Source of the DNA: Malacoraja senta | Taxonomy: Eukaryota | Assembly: GCA_038087875.1 (NCBI GenBank) | Contig: CM075978.1 | Span: forward strand, 45,260,001-45,324,000 | Direction of reading: 5' to 3' | DNA: 64,000 bases | Shown: positions 60,195 to 64,000 of the stretch, in pieces | How positions within the stretch are numbered: the stretch's first letter is position 1 | How the letters are laid out: every line of letters starts with the position of its first letter | Program-made: the position numbers and the translations under genes | Notes under the pieces: generated by a model | Database searches by the model: none | What the model was told of the DNA's origin: nothing | Seen by the model: only the letters and a program-made list of their open reading frames with translations

Positions 60195-61252
60195 AACCAT
60201 TAAAAAAAAGATGGTCCCTCGATGCCTCAACCTTTCAGTAGGGTCCTGTCTGTTCTGACCATTGGTCTCAACTCCACTTCAAATGGAAGCATTATAAAAG
60301 GAGCGTCTTTGGTGTCAATGTATACAAATCCTTAAAGGTGGCAGGGCATGCTGATAAAGTGATTTAAAAAAGCACTTTGATTGTTCAGGTTTCCAAAGAA
60401 AGGAGCAAAATAGAAAATAAGTTACACTGGAACTTTATAGTCATTGGTCAGGTGTGTAGATAGGTCTTAGTGCCCTAGACCTAGGAAGGATATAGATGAA
60501 ATATACCTGATGTTACCACAGTATTGAGGGATTTCAGTTATGAGCAGAGGAAAAAAACTGCCTAGTACTCTTGTAAGAGTGAAAGCTAAGGGATGAACTG
60601 ATTTTAATAGAGTAGGTAGAGAAAATCTATGCCCTCTAAAGAATGGGGCAATTACTAGATAGCATAAATTTTGGAGTGAAAGATCTAGATAGGGATCTGG
60701 ACTGCTCGATCTTAAAAAGTAATGAAAGCAAAAATAATGTTTGAAAAGGAGTTTGAGGTACCTGTGAACTATAAGAGTAAGGACAAAAATTCAGAATGTG
60801 AAACAAAGCAGCTACAACAAAGGCAGGCAGAATAGGCTCCTTCCTTGCTGTATGTGTCTGTATGTTTTTGATTCCGGGTCCCTGACGTATCAAGGCTACG
60901 GCACTACTGGATCCATTTTTCTATTTCACCGAGCTGACTGAAAATCTTAAAGCTGCAGGAGAGCAGTTTGTAATTGTTAAACTCTAGAGAAGTCTCAGCT
61001 GGAATTTGAACTCAATGAGTAAACTGGTCTAGATCTCAGCAGCTCCCAATATAAAACATGAAACTTTAGCATGATGTTGTCTTAATTTATAATCCTTGCT
61101 ATTAAATCAAAATGAGATTAACTTGCACTTGGGACCCCGTTTACTTAAATCAGCATTCTTCCAGAATTACTTATGGTTTGAATCTTAATGAATAACTATG
61201 AGAATGCAGTGAGCAAGCAACTGAAAGACTCTACTACCAATGCTAACCATAC

Positions 61253-61417
61253 CTTATTTTCATGAAGAGTACACAGTAGAGTCTGAGCTGATTCCAAACT
61301 TTGGCAATAACTCCATCCCAGTAACACCAAGAGTCGTGCAAAGGGCTTAAAAGTGTTCTTCAGCAATTTACTTAAAGTGCTATAGTCCTCCCGCTTTATT
61401 AACTGCAAGGCAGTAAC
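61253..61417 (-). CDS. ZFYVE26: spastizin exon (~7)
   Basis: ttttttggtag|VTALQLIKREDY...LLVLLGWSYCQSLESAQ...HENK|gtatgg, 165 nt. Confidence 0.95.
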
Positions 61418-62619
61418 CTACCAAAAAATGAGTACACAATCAGTGCATATTCATAAAATTATTATTCAGCTACTTCTCTCATTCGAACACAATTTCTTAA
61501 ACCATAAAGTTCATCTTCCAAGTGGTGTTCCTGTTGAAATTACTGCTGCTCTGCTTTGCCTTGAGTATAACTTGGAGCTGTGAGAGGAGGGCGAGTGAGA
61601 CATTGGCAAACTTAGACTAATGATGCTGACAGTGTTTACAAAATAGTACAACATCCACAGTGGAGAAAACAAATGCCTGAAAATTAAATTGTGATTCATT
61701 TCAGGCATTAAAGGATCAATCTCAACTTATTTCCATCAAATATTGTATCACGTACACATTCTGTTTTATGAAGAATGATGTACTCAACTTTTTTTCAGTG
61801 CCATTATTTAAATTACAATTGTAAACACCATTTTGTCAAAAACTATCTGTAGTGAATTACAGTAACTACCATGGAGGAAGCACCTGCACTATAAAGGAAA
61901 TGATAGTCAGAGAAAATAGAGGCATCAATAGCAGTTTTATTGTTTAAAAGAGAGAAATTATGCTTTAAAGTCTCTCAGAAAAGAGTAATTAAGCACAGAC
62001 TCGACAGCAAATGAGAATTCACTGTTCATCAGAGGTACCGTCCATATATCAATGACACACAACAAATGGTCAACATTAATGGAAGCTGACTTGAGGGGCT
62101 AAATGATTCACTCCTGTACAATGTTCATTTGACCAGTCCTTTTGCACTTTGCAGAATATGAAGCTACATTGTGAACCATGTTCAATGACCTAACAGTCAT
62201 AATCTGTTCAACATTTGAGAACGCTAGTGGAGAATTGAAACCAGCCTAAACCAGATGACGCGAACACTCCAACAAATGATTACAAACGAGAGCCGCCGAA
62301 AAACAACTTCTGTGAACCTTGTACAGAGTTTGTAACAAAATGTATAATAAACATGTAAATTACAAGGCAAATCTATAATATTAATTCCCAATGGATTTAC
62401 AAGAATTTTTGTCTTTTTATAACCAAATATCACTACAGCTAAGACTCAATGACCGTGAAATAAAATAGACAGCTGATGTTCCCTCCAACTCTTTGCTCAC
62501 ACTGGGTGCGCTGAAATGAGATTAAAGTAATTAGAAAAAGTTTGCAATTAATGCAAGTGAAACATTTGTCAGAAAAATGTACTGTGATGGTGAAAGGAGA
62601 AAACGCGAGTGTTGGAGGT

Positions 62620-62835
62620 TGAAAGATACAGCATGGAAACAGGCCCTTCAGCCTATCGAATCCACACAATCCATCGACAACCCGTTCACACTTATTCTGT
62701 GTTATCCCACTTTCTCATCCATGCCCTTCACACTAGGAGAATTTACAGAGGAATTAACCTACAAACCCTCACGGCTTTGAGATGCGGGAGTAAACCAGAG
62801 CACCCAGAGGAAATCCATGTGGTCACAGGAATCCA
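62620..62835 (-). mobile_element. V-SINE (HE1-like), partial
   Basis: gatacagcatggaaacaggcccttcagcc...aaaccagagcacccagaggaaatccatgtggtcacagg. Confidence 0.8.
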
Positions 62836-63946
62836 TTACAAATCCCGGGTGTCTGACGCTGTGAGATGTCTTCTTACTGGTATTACAAAGTGATAATTTG
62901 GAGCTTTCCTCAGTAATTGCTGAATAAACCAGTACATAACCACACATTAATACCAGTTCATAACCACAGATTAATATCAATACTAAAAAATGTTTAAATT
63001 ATACAAATGTAGCAAAAATATGAATATATTGAAAATTTACATAAAACCTTCTTGCTCGATAGTAAACATTGATACTTAATTTGCTATGGCATAAAGATTT
63101 GGAAAGACTATAATAAAAACAGAAAATGCTGCAAATACTCAACAGCACCTTTGGAAATAGAAATAGTTAACATTTCAGAGCAATAGCCTTTCATCAATTT
63201 ATAATTCATATCCAGAAGGAAAAGGTTGAGAATTTCTCAAAGCTATACACTGCAGCCTTTTTCAATCATTGTATGTTAATCACTACTCTGGACACCAATT
63301 CACATATGAGAAAGGCCAGTGTGCCAATCTATGTCACCCGGCCTTTTTTCCCATTAAAAATGATGCCTATCTGACTTTCCTGCACTAAAAGATATCTGCA
63401 ATATGAACACAAGAAGTCTCTTGTTGTCATAATAAACATCATGAATTTACATTGAAGCTCCATCAATCTTCCCCCTCCTTAGAGCAGGATGACAAATTAA
63501 AGCCAAGCAATGTGGACAAGTCTGCCTCAGAAGCTAGAATCATAGTTATTGTAAATGGTACCAAATATTTATTTATTTATCACTTTCTTCTGTAATCTAC
63601 TAGCCTTTAAAATGTATGCTCTACATTTCCAACCAGTAATGAGATTTTGCATCTTAGTTCTATTCATTTTACTTTAGTGCCCTGCAATAGGGACATTTGT
63701 CCTTAGCACACCATTTTAAATAAATTATGATCATTTATTTTATTACATATCCCTTGGAGCTTTGCTGTGCATAAAGTTCAGAGTACTGGAGTTTATTGTT
63801 ACACAAATACACTTTTAAAAGTTAATAAAAGCTTAGAGATAATTGATGCTTGGTGAACATTTTAAGAATCATTCCTATATTTTTATTAACTAACTGATTC
63901 AAATGTCAGTATCAAGGCTTCCCATTGATTTACTCCCAATACATAC

Positions 63947-64000
63947 CAGAACCTGTTCCAGATAGTGCTTACTATGGCTTGTGCTGTAGAAATATGCTGC
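63947..64000 (-). CDS. ZFYVE26: spastizin exon (~exon 6, partial)
   Basis: AAYFYSTSHSKHYLEQVL followed by donor CTG|GTATGT. Confidence 0.9.

Larger units (their letters stand above)
1..64000 (-). other. ZFYVE26: ZFYVE26 (spastizin) gene body, partial; 37 coding exons inside the window, both ends extend beyond it
   Basis: Hand-spliced exons give a continuous, phase-consistent ORF with recognisable spastizin segments (FYVE domain WVPD/RRHHCRRCG/RVC; APSASLCIAIL; LLMNMKVDW; DFQLDAA; GGKNIEEGFG). Confidence 0.98.

Noticed and set aside
1-64000. Intronic snoRNA or miRNA genes
   Set aside because: No convincing C/D or H/ACA box arrangement or unique-sequence hairpin was seen by eye; a cmscan against Rfam would be needed to exclude them.

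Overview
Vertebrate genomic DNA, most likely from an elasmobranch (shark, skate or ray), judged from HE1/V-SINE-type SINEs, HER1-like CR1 LINEs and Penelope-derived repeats. The whole window lies inside one minus-strand gene, ZFYVE26 (spastizin/SPG15). I traced 37 coding exons by hand (about 6.7 kb, about 2,240 codons) with splice phases that keep one open frame. They run from a partial exon at the right edge (about human exon 6) to the start of the last coding exon at the left edge, and include an intact FYVE domain. Two introns use GC donors and one exon is a 29-nt micro-exon. Introns are full of transposon debris: CR1, L1, Rex1/L2 and RTE fragments, V-SINEs, six PIF/Harbinger-type MITEs with TWA target duplications, two other TIR elements and several nested insertions. 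Many Penelope-like fragments carry minimal hammerhead-ribozyme cores, mostly in the sense of the pre-mRNA, and this is the most interesting signal. I found no convincing wholly new biological system. Exon numbers follow my recollection of the human gene and all family assignments are by motif recognition, without database searches.
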